Part shown: one piece after another, positions 49,985 through 60,802 of the stretch
Layout: every line of letters begins with the position of its first letter
Numbering within the stretch: the stretch's first letter is position 1
From: an uncultured SAR86 cluster bacterium
GTDB lineage: Bacteria; Pseudomonadota; Gammaproteobacteria; Magnimaribacterales; AG-339-G14
Length of the DNA: 64,000 nt
Direction: 5' to 3'
Assembly (NCBI GenBank): GCA_902566305.1
Contig: CACFIK010000006.1
Span: 1,731 to 65,730, forward strand
The notes under the pieces: model-generated
Told to the model about the DNA's origin: nothing
The model's database searches: none
The model's input: only the letters and a program-made list of their open reading frames with translations
Position numbers and translations under genes: made by a program

Positions 49985-51178
49985 ATGAATTTATCATTTT
50001 CTAAAGAAGATCAAGAATTTCAACAAGAGGTCAGAAGTTTTATTGAGCAGAATTATCCTTCTGAAATTAAAGAGAAGCAAGATCAAGGTATTCCTTTAAG
50101 TAAAGAAGATACTGTTAAATGGCATAAAATCTTAAATGACAAAGGTTGGCTAGCAGTAAATTGGCCTGAGGAACTTGGTGGAACTGGATGGACAATTACT
50201 CAAAAACATATATTTCAAAATGAATTAGCTGCAGCTAATACACCTACGCTAATGCCTTTTGGTGTGAACATGTGTGGGCCAGTAATTTATACTTTTGGTT
50301 CCGATGAACAAAAGGAATTTCATCTTCCAAAAATCCTCAATGGAGATATTTGGTGGTGTCAAGGTTACTCTGAGCCAGGATCGGGATCTGATTTAGCTTC
50401 CCTGAAGACAAAAGCAGAAAAAAAAGGTGACGTTTACGTAGTTAATGGCGCTAAAACTTGGACAACTTTAGCTCAACATGCTGACTGGATTTTTTGTTTA
50501 GTAAGAACAGATGGAAGTGGAAAAAAACAAGAAGGTATAAGTTTCTTGCTGATAGACATGAAGACTCCTGGAGTAGAAGTTAAACCTATCATAACTATCG
50601 ATGGAACTCATGAAGTAAACATGGTCTATTTTGATAATGTTGAAGTTCCAGTAACCAATTTAGTTGGTGAAGAAGGGTTTGGATGGAGCATTGCTAAATT
50701 CCTTTTAGCTCATGAAAGAACTGGTATTGCTGGGATACCTTCACTAAAAAGGGAACTAGATAGATTGAGAGACATCACTACTCAAATTCAAGTAGGCGAG
50801 GGATCTTTAAAAGATGATGCAATGTTCATGTCCAAGCTTGATAGATTAGAAATCAAATTAACTGCAGCTGAATATACTGAACTAAGAACTCTTGCTGCAA
50901 TGTCAGCAGGAGGTCATCCTGGACCAGAATCATCAATCCTAAAAATTCTAGGAACTGACCTTCAACAAGAATTATCTGATTTATTCGTTGAAGCGGTAGG
51001 TTACTATGCTCATCCTTTTATGACCGAAGAAGATTTGGCTTCAAATGAATCAAGAATTGGTCCTGACTTTGCTGCACCAGTCATGCCTCATTACTTAAAT
51101 TACAGAAAAGTATCTATTTACGGTGGTAGTAATGAAATTCAAAGGAATGTAATTGCTAAAGCAGTTTTAGGTTTATAA
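49985..51178 (+). CDS. Acyl-CoA dehydrogenase (PimC-like large subunit)
   Basis: WCQGYSEPGSGSDLASL, KQ.GISFLL, SIYGGSNEIQR; AGAGG RBS before ATG 49985. Confidence 0.92.
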   Translation: MNLSFSKEDQEFQQEVRSFIEQNYPSEIKEKQDQGIPLSKEDTVKWHKILNDKGWLAVNWPEELGGTGWTITQKHIFQNELAAANTPTLMPFGVNMCGPVIYTFGSDEQKEFHLPKILNGDIWWCQGYSEPGSGSDLASLKTKAEKKGDVYVVNGAKTWTTLAQHADWIFCLVRTDGSGKKQEGISFLLIDMKTPGVEVKPIITIDGTHEVNMVYFDNVEVPVTNLVGEEGFGWSIAKFLLAHERTGIAGIPSLKRELDRLRDITTQIQVGEGSLKDDAMFMSKLDRLEIKLTAAEYTELRTLAAMSAGGHPGPESSILKILGTDLQQELSDLFVEAVGYYAHPFMTEEDLASNESRIGPDFAAPVMPHYLNYRKVSIYGGSNEIQRNVIAKAVLGL

Positions 51179-51196
51179 GTAAATCAGGAAAGAGAT

Positions 51197-52324
51197 ATGG
51201 ATTTTTCATTAACAGAAGAACAACAGCTTCTTCAAGACAGTATCAACCAATTTATTGAAAGAGAATATACTTTTGATGACAGAAAGAAATTCTTAGATTC
51301 TGAAAAGGGTTTCAATGAAGAAAATTGGAAAACTTTTGGTAGTTTAGGCTGGCTGGGAATGCCATTTTCTGAAAATGATGGCGGCTATAACGGTGGTCCA
51401 GTTGATGTAATGGTCATTATGGAGAATTTAGGTAAAGGTCTAATCGTAGAACCATACGTCCCATCAATTCTTTTGTCTGGAAAAATTCTTGCTGATTTAG
51501 GTTCTGACGACCAAAAATCAAATTATTTGCATCCTATGATAAGTGGAGAAAAAATAATTACTTTTGCTTACATAGAGCCTCAAAGTAGATTTACTTTATC
51601 GGACTGTTTGACCAAAGCCACAGCATCTGATGATGGCTTTGTCTTAGATGGTTATAAAGCATTGGTTCATAATGCATCTGCTTCAGATACTTTAATTGTT
51701 TCCGCAAGGACTTCAGGCAATCAGTGTGACGAAAAAGGTATTTCTCTTTTTCTGGTAGATACAAATGCTAAAGGAGTTTCCCTTAGAAATTATTCAACTA
51801 TTGACGGCGGTAAAGCTTCTGAATTGACTCTTGAGAATGTATCAGTTTCTAAGGAATTTTTATTAGGTGAAATGGATGAAGGTTTTACTGCAATTGACAA
51901 TGCTATAGATCTTGCCACATTAGGCATATGTGCAGAGGCGGTTGGCATTATGGGTAAAATGAATGAAATGACCCTTGAATACACCAAAACCAGAGAGCAA
52001 TTTGAACAAAAACTCAGTCAGTTTCAAGCTCTGCAGCATCGAATGGTAGATAATTTTATGCATTACGAACAATCTAAATCCTTATTAGTAATGTGTGCCG
52101 CAAAGATGAATGATAATACCGAGGACAAAAAGAAAGCATTAGCCTCATTAAAATATCAAATCGGACTATCCGGCAAACACATAGGAGAAGAATCAATTCA
52201 ACTTCACGGTGGAATGGGAGTAACGGATGAGATGCACATTGGTCATTATTTTAAAAGACTAACCACAATAAGAACTTTATACGGAAATTCTGATTATCAT
52301 TTAAGCAACTACGCATCTTTATAA
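51197..52324 (+). CDS. Acyl-CoA dehydrogenase (PimD-like small subunit)
   Basis: R.QF...L..FQALQHR, IQLHGGMGVT.E. Confidence 0.9.
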   Translation: MDFSLTEEQQLLQDSINQFIEREYTFDDRKKFLDSEKGFNEENWKTFGSLGWLGMPFSENDGGYNGGPVDVMVIMENLGKGLIVEPYVPSILLSGKILADLGSDDQKSNYLHPMISGEKIITFAYIEPQSRFTLSDCLTKATASDDGFVLDGYKALVHNASASDTLIVSARTSGNQCDEKGISLFLVDTNAKGVSLRNYSTIDGGKASELTLENVSVSKEFLLGEMDEGFTAIDNAIDLATLGICAEAVGIMGKMNEMTLEYTKTREQFEQKLSQFQALQHRMVDNFMHYEQSKSLLVMCAAKMNDNTEDKKKALASLKYQIGLSGKHIGEESIQLHGGMGVTDEMHIGHYFKRLTTIRTLYGNSDYHLSNYASL

Positions 52325-52336
52325 ATCTTAATATAG

Positions 52337-53824
52337 ATGGCTTCTACAAAATCTGATCAAAATCCAGATAAGAGAGATAGATCCAAACCAAAAGACTATC
52401 TTTCCGATTGGATCAAAAGACAATCTCTAGTAGAGAAGATGATTCCAATGATTGGAAATCTTCATAGGGAACAAAACGTTAGAATTCTACTTTACGGCAA
52501 TCCTTTAATTACCCTATCTGTATCTCAAATTATGCAAGAACATAGATTGGTAAGAGAAACAGAAAAAAATGAACTCAGTGAATTTGAAACCTACGAAGTT
52601 TTAAATATTCTAAAAGATCTTGATCTGGGGCCTTGTGAAATAGATGTAGGAATTATCTCAGCAGGGTACATGTTCGATTCCAAATCCTTATCTCTTGAAG
52701 AATTTGTTAAAGAACAAGTTGCAGATGCTATTGGTAATAAAAATCCGGTTCTTCAGGAACCTCAAGATCTTGTTCTTTTTGGCTTTGGAAGAATTGGTCG
52801 ATTAATTACTAGGCTTTTACTTGAGGATACTGGATCAGGAGAAACTTTATTGTTGAAGGCAGTTGTTGTCAGAAAAAAAAGCGATGATGACTTATTCAAA
52901 AGAGCTGAATTAATGAGAAGAGATTCTGTTCATGGAAATTTCAAAGGGACCATTAGGGTTGATTTAGATGAATATGGATTAGTAATTAACGGAAATCTCA
53001 TTAAATTCATTGATGGAGATCCATCCAATATTGATTATAAAAAGTATGGAATAGATAACGCTGTAATTATTGATAATTCAGGAGCCTGGAGAGACGAGAA
53101 AGGTTTATCTGCTCATTTAAAATCCAAAGGAGCTAATAAGGTCTTGTTAACTGCTCCGACTAAATCTCCTCTAAAAAATATTGTTTATGGTGTAAATGAA
53201 AATGATCTAAATGATAAGGATAAGATTATTGGTGCTGCTTCATGCACAACAAATGCAATTGTTCCTCTTTTGAAAGCACTCGACGATGATTATGGAATTA
53301 TAAATGGACATGTTGAAACAATTCATTCTTATACTAATGATCAAAACCTAATTGATAATTATCATTCAAAATCCAGAAGAGGAAGAAGTGCTGCTTTGAA
53401 TATGGTAATTACAGAAACTGGAGCTGCCTCAGCCGTAAGTCAGATCCTTCCAAACTTAAAAGGTAAATTAACGGCAAATGCTATAAGAGTTCCTACTCCA
53501 AATGTTTCATTAGCAATTCTTAAACTTTCCTTGAATAAATCTCTTAGCGATAAAGAAACAGCTAATGAATATTTCAGACAATTAGCGTTTCATTCTATAT
53601 ACAAAGACCAAATTGATTTTACGAATTCTTCCGAAATTGTTTCATCTGATTTAGTAGGAAGTAGATACGCTTGTGTCATTGATTCTGAAGCAACTATTTG
53701 TGATGACAAACAAATAGTGATTTATGCTTGGTATGACAATGAATTAGGTTACTGCGTACAACTCCTAAGAGTTATTAAAAGCCTTGCAGGAATAAAATAT
53801 AATCGCCTTCCTTACTTTTTGTAA
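52337..53824 (+). CDS. gap: Glyceraldehyde-3-phosphate dehydrogenase, long N-terminal-extension type
   Basis: GFGRIGR, ASCTTN, HSYTNDQ, RVPTPNVS, WYDNE.GY. Confidence 0.95.
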   Translation: MASTKSDQNPDKRDRSKPKDYLSDWIKRQSLVEKMIPMIGNLHREQNVRILLYGNPLITLSVSQIMQEHRLVRETEKNELSEFETYEVLNILKDLDLGPCEIDVGIISAGYMFDSKSLSLEEFVKEQVADAIGNKNPVLQEPQDLVLFGFGRIGRLITRLLLEDTGSGETLLLKAVVVRKKSDDDLFKRAELMRRDSVHGNFKGTIRVDLDEYGLVINGNLIKFIDGDPSNIDYKKYGIDNAVIIDNSGAWRDEKGLSAHLKSKGANKVLLTAPTKSPLKNIVYGVNENDLNDKDKIIGAASCTTNAIVPLLKALDDDYGIINGHVETIHSYTNDQNLIDNYHSKSRRGRSAALNMVITETGAASAVSQILPNLKGKLTANAIRVPTPNVSLAILKLSLNKSLSDKETANEYFRQLAFHSIYKDQIDFTNSSEIVSSDLVGSRYACVIDSEATICDDKQIVIYAWYDNELGYCVQLLRVIKSLAGIKYNRLPYFL

Positions 53825-55176
53825 TGAGAAATATCACTATATCCAAAGGTTTAGATATTCCTATTTCCGGAGAAGTTACCGATTTAGAAATTACTAAACA
53901 GATCACTAATAAAGTTGCTGTTTTAGGAAAAGACTATCATGACTTGAAACCGACAATGTTAGTAAAGGTTGGTGATAATGTAATAAAAGGGCAAAAATTA
54001 TTAGAGGATAAAAAAATCCCAGGTTTATTTTTAGTTGCTCCTATTTCAGGTGAAGTCATAGAGATAAATAGGGGAGAAAGGAGAGCCTTTGAATCGCTCG
54101 TAATTGAAACTGACAACAATGATGAAGAAAAAGTTTTTATAGAAAACCTTTCTAGCTTTCATGCTAACAATGAAAACGTAAGAGATATTTTGATTGAAAG
54201 CGGATTATGGACTAATTTTAAGAAAAGACCCTTTTCAAAAGTTCCAAACATAGACGAAAACGTAGAAGAGATATTCATATCTTGCTTGGATACTAGTCCT
54301 CTATCAGTTGATCCAGAAATATTTATTGAACAAAATCTTGATGATTTTAATAAAGGAATCGAAATCATATCTTTAATAACATCTAAATATGTGCATATTT
54401 CTTCAAAAATAGGGTCTAATTTATTTGTCGAAAGCGAAAAAGTTAGATTATACGAGTTGAATAATTTACATCCCGCTGGAAACGTAGGTACACAGATTCA
54501 TTACATTTCACCATTAGGAAGAAATAAATCTGTTTGGACAATAAATTATCAGCATGTTTGTCATATTGGGCATATGTTTAATTTCGGTAGGTTATCATTC
54601 AAAAAGCTAGTAAGTGTTGCAGGACCTCAAGTTAAGGCTCCTTTTCTTCTTGAAACTATAAGTGGCGTTGATTTAATTGAAGTTTTGAAAGATAAACTTC
54701 TTGAAGGGACTAATAGAATAGTTTCTGGATCAGTTTTATCCGGTCGAAATGCTGCTGAAAACGAATCTTTTTTGGGCCACTTTCATAACCAAATATCTGT
54801 TTTAAGGGAAGTCGAAGATGTTGATAGAGAATTGTTTAATTGGTTTAGACCTGACTTAAAAAAACATTCTTTCTTACCAGTCTTCTTTACAAAGTTTTTT
54901 GAAAAAATTAATCCTCTTAGCTATACAACCTCCATGAATGGAGCAGATAGAGCCATCGTTCCTATAGGGGTGTATGAAGATGTTTTACCTTTCAATATTA
55001 TGGCAACTCAATTACTCAAAAGTATCGTTCTTAGGGATACAGAGGAAGCGCAAGATTTAGGTATTCTTGAACTTGATGAAGAAGATTTAAGTCTTGCTAC
55101 TTATGTGTGTCCTAGCAAATATGATTATGGATCTATCTTAAGGGAAAATTTAAAACTAATTGAGGACGAAGGATAA
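53824..55176 (+). CDS. nqrA: Na+-NQR subunit A
   Basis: I.KGLD.PI.G, RPFSKVP, HPAG.VG, SGSVLSG, ELDEEDL.L..VCPSK. Confidence 0.95.
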   Translation: MRNITISKGLDIPISGEVTDLEITKQITNKVAVLGKDYHDLKPTMLVKVGDNVIKGQKLLEDKKIPGLFLVAPISGEVIEINRGERRAFESLVIETDNNDEEKVFIENLSSFHANNENVRDILIESGLWTNFKKRPFSKVPNIDENVEEIFISCLDTSPLSVDPEIFIEQNLDDFNKGIEIISLITSKYVHISSKIGSNLFVESEKVRLYELNNLHPAGNVGTQIHYISPLGRNKSVWTINYQHVCHIGHMFNFGRLSFKKLVSVAGPQVKAPFLLETISGVDLIEVLKDKLLEGTNRIVSGSVLSGRNAAENESFLGHFHNQISVLREVEDVDRELFNWFRPDLKKHSFLPVFFTKFFEKINPLSYTTSMNGADRAIVPIGVYEDVLPFNIMATQLLKSIVLRDTEEAQDLGILELDEEDLSLATYVCPSKYDYGSILRENLKLIEDEG

Positions 55177-55180
55177 ATAA

Positions 55181-56407
55181 ATGTCTGATCCGTTAAGAAA
55201 TTTTTTAGATAAAACCAAGCCAAATTTTCAAAAAGATGGTGCATGGTCAAAATATTTTCCTTTATTTGATGTCTTTGAAAATCTCTTTTATTCGTCTTCA
55301 AGAAAAACCTCTGGAATTACTCATGTAAGAGATGGTTCTGACATTCAGAGAGTCATGGCAATTGTATGGATGGCAACTTTTCCAACAATGTTTTTTGGAA
55401 TGTATAACCTAGGTTATCAATCTTTAATTGCGATAGAGGCTTTAAATGCTGCGGGTCAAGAATTTACAAAAGATTGGCATTGGCCAATCATTGAGCTCGT
55501 TTCCGGTTTAAATCCTAACAACATTTTTGATTGTATTGCTTACGGCGCGGTATTTTTCATGCCTATTTACATAGTTACCTTCATTGTTGGAATTTTTTGG
55601 GAAGCTGTTTTTGCTGTTGTGAGAGGTCATGAAATTAGTGAAGGTGCCTTCGTTACAACGGTTTTATTTGCATTATCATGTCCTCCGGATGCACCTCTAT
55701 GGCAGGTTGCTTTAGGTATATCGGTAGGATTAGTTATTGGTAAAGAAATTTTTGGCGGCACAGGTAAGAATTTTTTGAATCCTGCCCTAACAGGCAGAGC
55801 TTTCTTGTATTTTGCATATCCTGCTTCTTGGTCTGGTGATCTATCATGGGTTGCTGTTGATGGTTATTCTGCTGCAACTATATTAGGTCTTTCAGCCGAG
55901 TCCGGTTATCAATTTCTTCCTGATTCTTATAGTTGGTCAAATGCTTTTCTAGGTTTTATTCCCGGATCTATTGGTGAAACTTCGACATTAGCCATATTAA
56001 TTGGTTTAGCAATCCTTCTTTTCACGAGAGTTGCATCATGGAGAATAATTGCAGGAGTTTTAATAGGCACTATAGCTACTTCTTATCTTTTCAATATCAT
56101 TGGAAGTGAATCCAATCCAATGTTTTCTATGCCATTTTGGTGGCACATGGTGGTAGGTGGGTATGCTTTTGGCATGGTTTTTATGGCAACAGAACCCGTT
56201 TCTGGATCTCATACAAATAAAGGACGCTGGATCTATGGAATGATTATAGGAGTTTTGGTTGTTCTAATTCGCGTTGTGAACCCAGCTTTTCCCGAAGGAA
56301 TGATGTTAGCAATTTTATTTGCAAATTTAACCTCTCCGTTAATTGACTACTTTGTTGTTAAACAAAATATAAATCGAAGAAACAAGGTAATTTATGCAGA
56401 AAGATAG
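55181..56407 (+). CDS. nqrB: Na+-NQR subunit B
   Basis: KEIFGGTGKNFLNPAL.GRAF, DGYSAAT (FMN Thr), GSIGETS. Confidence 0.96.
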   Translation: MSDPLRNFLDKTKPNFQKDGAWSKYFPLFDVFENLFYSSSRKTSGITHVRDGSDIQRVMAIVWMATFPTMFFGMYNLGYQSLIAIEALNAAGQEFTKDWHWPIIELVSGLNPNNIFDCIAYGAVFFMPIYIVTFIVGIFWEAVFAVVRGHEISEGAFVTTVLFALSCPPDAPLWQVALGISVGLVIGKEIFGGTGKNFLNPALTGRAFLYFAYPASWSGDLSWVAVDGYSAATILGLSAESGYQFLPDSYSWSNAFLGFIPGSIGETSTLAILIGLAILLFTRVASWRIIAGVLIGTIATSYLFNIIGSESNPMFSMPFWWHMVVGGYAFGMVFMATEPVSGSHTNKGRWIYGMIIGVLVVLIRVVNPAFPEGMMLAILFANLTSPLIDYFVVKQNINRRNKVIYAER

Positions 56408-57176
56408 CATTCTAAATATTATTCTCGTTGGTGTTGGTTTATGCATTGTATGCGGTGCTGTTATATCCACTGTAGCTGTGTCCCTGAAAGATCAACAAGA
56501 ACAAAATGTAATCTTTGATCAGCAAAGTAAAATTATTGATGCAGCAAGATTGCTTGAGGTTTATCCTTCATCTCAAGAAGCATTAGCTTCGATTGAGGAG
56601 GTGGTTGTTAATCTTAACAATGGACAACCCTCTGGCTTTCCTCCAGATCAATATGATCTAGACTCTATATTAAGAGACTCTTCTCAACACACAGTTCTTA
56701 ATGGCTCAGATGATATCGCTATGATAAGCGTAAGAGAAAATCTCTCTAAGGTTTACATTGAATACAGAAATAATGAACTAAAAACCTTAATTCTACCGGT
56801 AAGGGGATATGGATTATGGGGAACTTTATATGGTTATCTCGCTCTAGATTCTGACTTAAATACGATAGTAGGTTTAGAGTTTTATAAACATAAAGAAACT
56901 CCTGGATTGGGAGCAGAAGTGGATAATCCTAATTGGAAAAAACTTTGGAATGGAAAAAAAGTATTTGATGAAAATGGTTTAGTACAGATTTCGGTTATTA
57001 AAGGTTTTTCAAATCCACAAAATGCAGAATATTCCTATGAAGTTGATGGTTTATCGGGAGCAACTATTACAAGTAAGGGAGTTTCAAATCTTCTTGCTTT
57101 TTGGTTAGGTAATGAGGGATTTGGTCCCTTCATAAATAATTTAAAAAATAAAGAAATTAAATTAAGCGATGTCTAA
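56394..57176 (+). CDS. nqrC: Na+-NQR subunit C
   Basis: [23 protein letters not shown]. Confidence 0.95.
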   Translation: MQKDSILNIILVGVGLCIVCGAVISTVAVSLKDQQEQNVIFDQQSKIIDAARLLEVYPSSQEALASIEEVVVNLNNGQPSGFPPDQYDLDSILRDSSQHTVLNGSDDIAMISVRENLSKVYIEYRNNELKTLILPVRGYGLWGTLYGYLALDSDLNTIVGLEFYKHKETPGLGAEVDNPNWKKLWNGKKVFDENGLVQISVIKGFSNPQNAEYSYEVDGLSGATITSKGVSNLLAFWLGNEGFGPFINNLKNKEIKLSDV

Positions 57177-57840
57177 GTTTAAAGAAATATTATTAACACC
57201 TATCTTCAAGGATAATCCGATTGCCTTACAAATATTAGGCATTTGTTCAGCATTAGCTGTCACCAGCAAGCTTTATCCGACACTTATAATGTGTGTTGCT
57301 TTAACTATCACTGTTAGCCTATCAAATTTTTTTATTTCCCTTATAAGAAACATAATCCCAACGAATATAAGAATTATTGTTCAAATGACCATTATTTCTT
57401 CTTTAGTTATTTTAGTAGATCAATTCCTTAAAGCTTACGATTATGAAACTAGTAAAACTTTATCTGTCTTTGTTGGATTAATTATCACTAACTGTATTGT
57501 AATGGGAAGAGCAGAAGCATTTGCCATGCAAAATACTCCTGGTGTAAGTTTTTTAGATGGTTTAGGAAATGGATTAGGCTATAGCCTCATTTTAATTGTT
57601 GTTGGAGCTATCAGAGAATTACTAGGTTCTGGTCAATTGCTTGGTATTGATATTTTAACTACTACTCAAAATGGTGGATGGTATGTTGGCAATAATTTCT
57701 TTCTATTGGCTCCAAGTTCATTTCTGATAATCGGATTATTTATATGGGCACTTAGATCATGGAAAACCGAACAAGTTGAAGAAAAAGAATTTTTGATGAG
57801 TAAAAATGCTCCTAAAGAGGTGGAAACGCATCATGCTTGA
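57169..57840 (+). CDS. nqrD: Na+-NQR subunit D
   Basis: [32 protein letters not shown]. Confidence 0.96.
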   Translation: MSKFKEILLTPIFKDNPIALQILGICSALAVTSKLYPTLIMCVALTITVSLSNFFISLIRNIIPTNIRIIVQMTIISSLVILVDQFLKAYDYETSKTLSVFVGLIITNCIVMGRAEAFAMQNTPGVSFLDGLGNGLGYSLILIVVGAIRELLGSGQLLGIDILTTTQNGGWYVGNNFFLLAPSSFLIIGLFIWALRSWKTEQVEEKEFLMSKNAPKEVETHHA

Positions 57841-58444
57841 GCACTATCTGTCTATTTTTATATCTTCAATTTTCATAGAGAACTTAGCATTATCTGTTTT
57901 TCTTGGTATGTGTACATTTTTAGCCATTTCTAAAAAAATTGAAGCTGCTATAGGTCTTGGAATTGCAGTAATCGTTGTATTAGCAATAACAGTTCCTCTA
58001 AATAATATTATTTATAACTTTTTACTTAGAGATGGAGCTTTAACCTGGCTTGGCTACCCAGATGTATCCTTAGAATTTGTTGGATTAATTAGTTACATAG
58101 GAGTTATTGCTGCATGCGTACAAATTCTTGAGATGTTTTTAGATAAATTTGTTCCTAAACTTTATACTGCTCTTGGAATATTCCTTCCTCTTATAACCGT
58201 AAATTGCGCAATTCTTGGCGCATCACTGTTCATGGTAGAAAAGAATTTAGACTTTGGTGAAAGTGTTGTTTATGGCCTTGGTGGCGGAGTAGGTTGGGCT
58301 CTAGCTATTGTTCTCTTAGCAGGCATCAGAGAAAAATTAAAATACAGTGATATTCCAGACGGTCTTGAAGGATTAGGTATTACCTTTATAACTGTTGGTT
58401 TGATGACCTTTGGATTTATGTCATTTGGAGGAATAATACTTTAA
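57833..58444 (+). CDS. nqrE: Na+-NQR subunit E
   Basis: [22 protein letters not shown]; ATG 57833. Confidence 0.96.
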   Translation: MLEHYLSIFISSIFIENLALSVFLGMCTFLAISKKIEAAIGLGIAVIVVLAITVPLNNIIYNFLLRDGALTWLGYPDVSLEFVGLISYIGVIAACVQILEMFLDKFVPKLYTALGIFLPLITVNCAILGASLFMVEKNLDFGESVVYGLGGGVGWALAIVLLAGIREKLKYSDIPDGLEGLGITFITVGLMTFGFMSFGGIIL

Positions 58445-59674
58445 ATGATTAATCTAGATCTCATATTCGGAATTGCTACGTTTACATTAATAGTAAACCT
58501 GATGATATTTGTAATCTTATTTGCTAGATCAAGATTGGTATCCACTGGTGATGTTACTATCGAAATTAATGGAGATCAGGATAAAGCAATAAAAGTTCCC
58601 GCTGGAGGAAAATTGTTGCAGACCTTAGCATCAGAGAATTTATTTCTTTCATCGGCATGTGGAGGAGGGGGCACTTGCTCTCAATGTCGTTGCCAAGTAT
58701 TCGAAGGCGGCGGATCAATACTTTCAACTGAAGAAGCTCACTTTAATAATAAAGAGAAAAGAGAAGGCTGGAGGCTCTCTTGTCAAGTACCAGTAAAGGC
58801 TGACATGAAGATTACAGTACCAGATGAAGTTTTTGGAGTTAAAAAATGGGAAACAACCGTTATCTCGAATGATAATGTGGCAACTTTTATTAAAGAATTA
58901 GTCTTGAAATTACCTGAAGGAGAGAATGTTGGTTTTGAAGCTGGTGGCTACGTTCAGATGGAAATACCTCCTTATGAGGCAGATTACAAATCTTTTGATA
59001 TTAAAGATATATACAAAGGTGATTGGGAAAAATTTAAAGTTTTTGAAAATGTAGCTACAGTTGGTGTTCCTGTTATTAGAGCGTACTCAATGGCTAATTA
59101 TCCTGAAGAAAAGGGGATAATGAAATTTAACATTAGAATAGCAAGTCCACCTCCTGGTACAAATTTTCCACCTGGCGAAGCTTCTTCTTATTTATTTAAT
59201 TTAAAACCAGGTGATAATTTAACCATCTTTGGCCCATTTGGAGAATTCATGGCTAAAGATACTCCAAACGAAATGGTATTTATCGGTGGTGGAGCCGGTA
59301 TGGCACCTATGCGATCTCATATATTCGATCAACTTCTGAGATTGGATTCTTCTAGAAAAATTACTTTTTGGTACGGAGCTCGAAGTTTAAAAGAAATGTT
59401 TTATGTAGATGATTTTGATAAATTACAGGATAAATATGAGAACTTTACTTGGCATGCTGCATTATCAGATCCTTTACCAGAAGATGATTGGAACGGTATG
59501 ACTGGATTTATCCACCAAGTTTTATTTGATAACTACCTAAAAGATCATCCAGCACCTGAAGATTGTGAATATTATATGTGTGGCCCACCGATGATGATGG
59601 ATGCATGCTTTACTATGCTAGATAGTCTAGGTGTAGAGCCTGAGAACATCATGTTTGATGACTTTGGTGGTTAA
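58445..59674 (+). CDS. nqrF: Na+-NQR subunit F
   Basis: [44 protein letters not shown]. Confidence 0.97.
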   Translation: MINLDLIFGIATFTLIVNLMIFVILFARSRLVSTGDVTIEINGDQDKAIKVPAGGKLLQTLASENLFLSSACGGGGTCSQCRCQVFEGGGSILSTEEAHFNNKEKREGWRLSCQVPVKADMKITVPDEVFGVKKWETTVISNDNVATFIKELVLKLPEGENVGFEAGGYVQMEIPPYEADYKSFDIKDIYKGDWEKFKVFENVATVGVPVIRAYSMANYPEEKGIMKFNIRIASPPPGTNFPPGEASSYLFNLKPGDNLTIFGPFGEFMAKDTPNEMVFIGGGAGMAPMRSHIFDQLLRLDSSRKITFWYGARSLKEMFYVDDFDKLQDKYENFTWHAALSDPLPEDDWNGMTGFIHQVLFDNYLKDHPAPEDCEYYMCGPPMMMDACFTMLDSLGVEPENIMFDDFGG

Positions 59675-60626
59675 ATACCTTTTTTTATTTTTATTTCTTC
59701 TAACAGGTTGTGTTTCAGAAGAAAAACAATACCAAGGATTTATATTTGGTACCTACTACAACATAAAAATTACAGATTCTTTAAATTCAAATAATCTTCA
59801 TGACTCTATCGATTCAAAACTTCATGAAATAGATATGTTGTTTTCTAACTACAAAAACGATTCCTTTTTAATGAAATTTAATCGGAAAGAAAATCAATAT
59901 ATGGATACTGAATTTGAGAGCTTACTTAGTCATTCAACTGAAATATGTGATTTTGTAGGTCAACACTTTAATGTTTTTTCTGGAAGTTTAGTAAATCTTT
60001 GGGGTTTCGGGCCTTTAAAGAGAGAAGATATACCAAAAGCCACTGAAATAGAAAAAGTTATTCCAAGCGGATGTAGCTATGATTTAAATAACCATCTTGA
60101 TATAGACTTTTCTGCAATAGCTAAAGGTTACGCAGTAGATGAAATTTCTGAATTGTTAGATGATCAAAATTTTAATAACTATTTCATAGATATTGGTGGA
60201 GAAATACTTATCAAAGGTAAAAAGAAAAAAAATCCCTGGATCATCTGTATAGAAAATCCTGATATCAATAACAGCAAACCTATTGAGTGTTTATCAAAAA
60301 AAGAAAATGAAAAATATATGGCTATTGCCACTTCTGGTGATTACAGGAATTATTTTATTTTTGATAATAAGCGCTATTCCCACACTATTAATCCAAAGAG
60401 TGGATATCCCATTTCAAATAATTTAACCTCTGTTTCAGTAGCCTTACCAGGTCAATTTCGTCACACTGGCGATGCAGATGCATTAGCTACTGCATTGAAT
60501 GTTATGGGGCTAAAGAATGGTTTTGACTTTGCGCTAGAAAATTCGATTGCTGCTTTATTTGTTTTTAAATCAGGAGATGAATTTTCTATTAGAATGACAC
60601 CATTATTTAAAGATATAATTCACTAG
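59655..60626 (+). CDS. apbE: FAD:protein FMN transferase (lipoprotein)
   Basis: Lipobox [39 protein letters not shown]; exact start uncertain. Confidence 0.93.
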   Translation: MMTLVVKYLFLFLFLLTGCVSEEKQYQGFIFGTYYNIKITDSLNSNNLHDSIDSKLHEIDMLFSNYKNDSFLMKFNRKENQYMDTEFESLLSHSTEICDFVGQHFNVFSGSLVNLWGFGPLKREDIPKATEIEKVIPSGCSYDLNNHLDIDFSAIAKGYAVDEISELLDDQNFNNYFIDIGGEILIKGKKKKNPWIICIENPDINNSKPIECLSKKENEKYMAIATSGDYRNYFIFDNKRYSHTINPKSGYPISNNLTSVSVALPGQFRHTGDADALATALNVMGLKNGFDFALENSIAALFVFKSGDEFSIRMTPLFKDIIH

Positions 60627-60628
60627 TT

Positions 60629-60802
60629 ATGGCTACTTTTATATTTGCATCAATCGTTGTAATTCTCTCAATACTAGGTCTTAGTATCGGATTAATTATC
60701 AACAATAAACCTCTTCAAGGATCTTGCGGAGGTATGAGCAATCTCGATAGCGATTTAGAATGCAGTATATGTGGCGGTAATCCAAACAAATGTCCTAAGT
60801 AA
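60629..60802 (+). CDS. nqrM: Na+-NQR maturation protein NqrM (57 aa)
   Basis: Not in ORF track; MATFIFASIVVILSILGLSIGLIINNKPLQGSCGGMSNLDSDLECSICGGNPNKCPK: TM helix, GSCGG and four Cys, directly after apbE. Confidence 0.92.
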   Translation: MATFIFASIVVILSILGLSIGLIINNKPLQGSCGGMSNLDSDLECSICGGNPNKCPK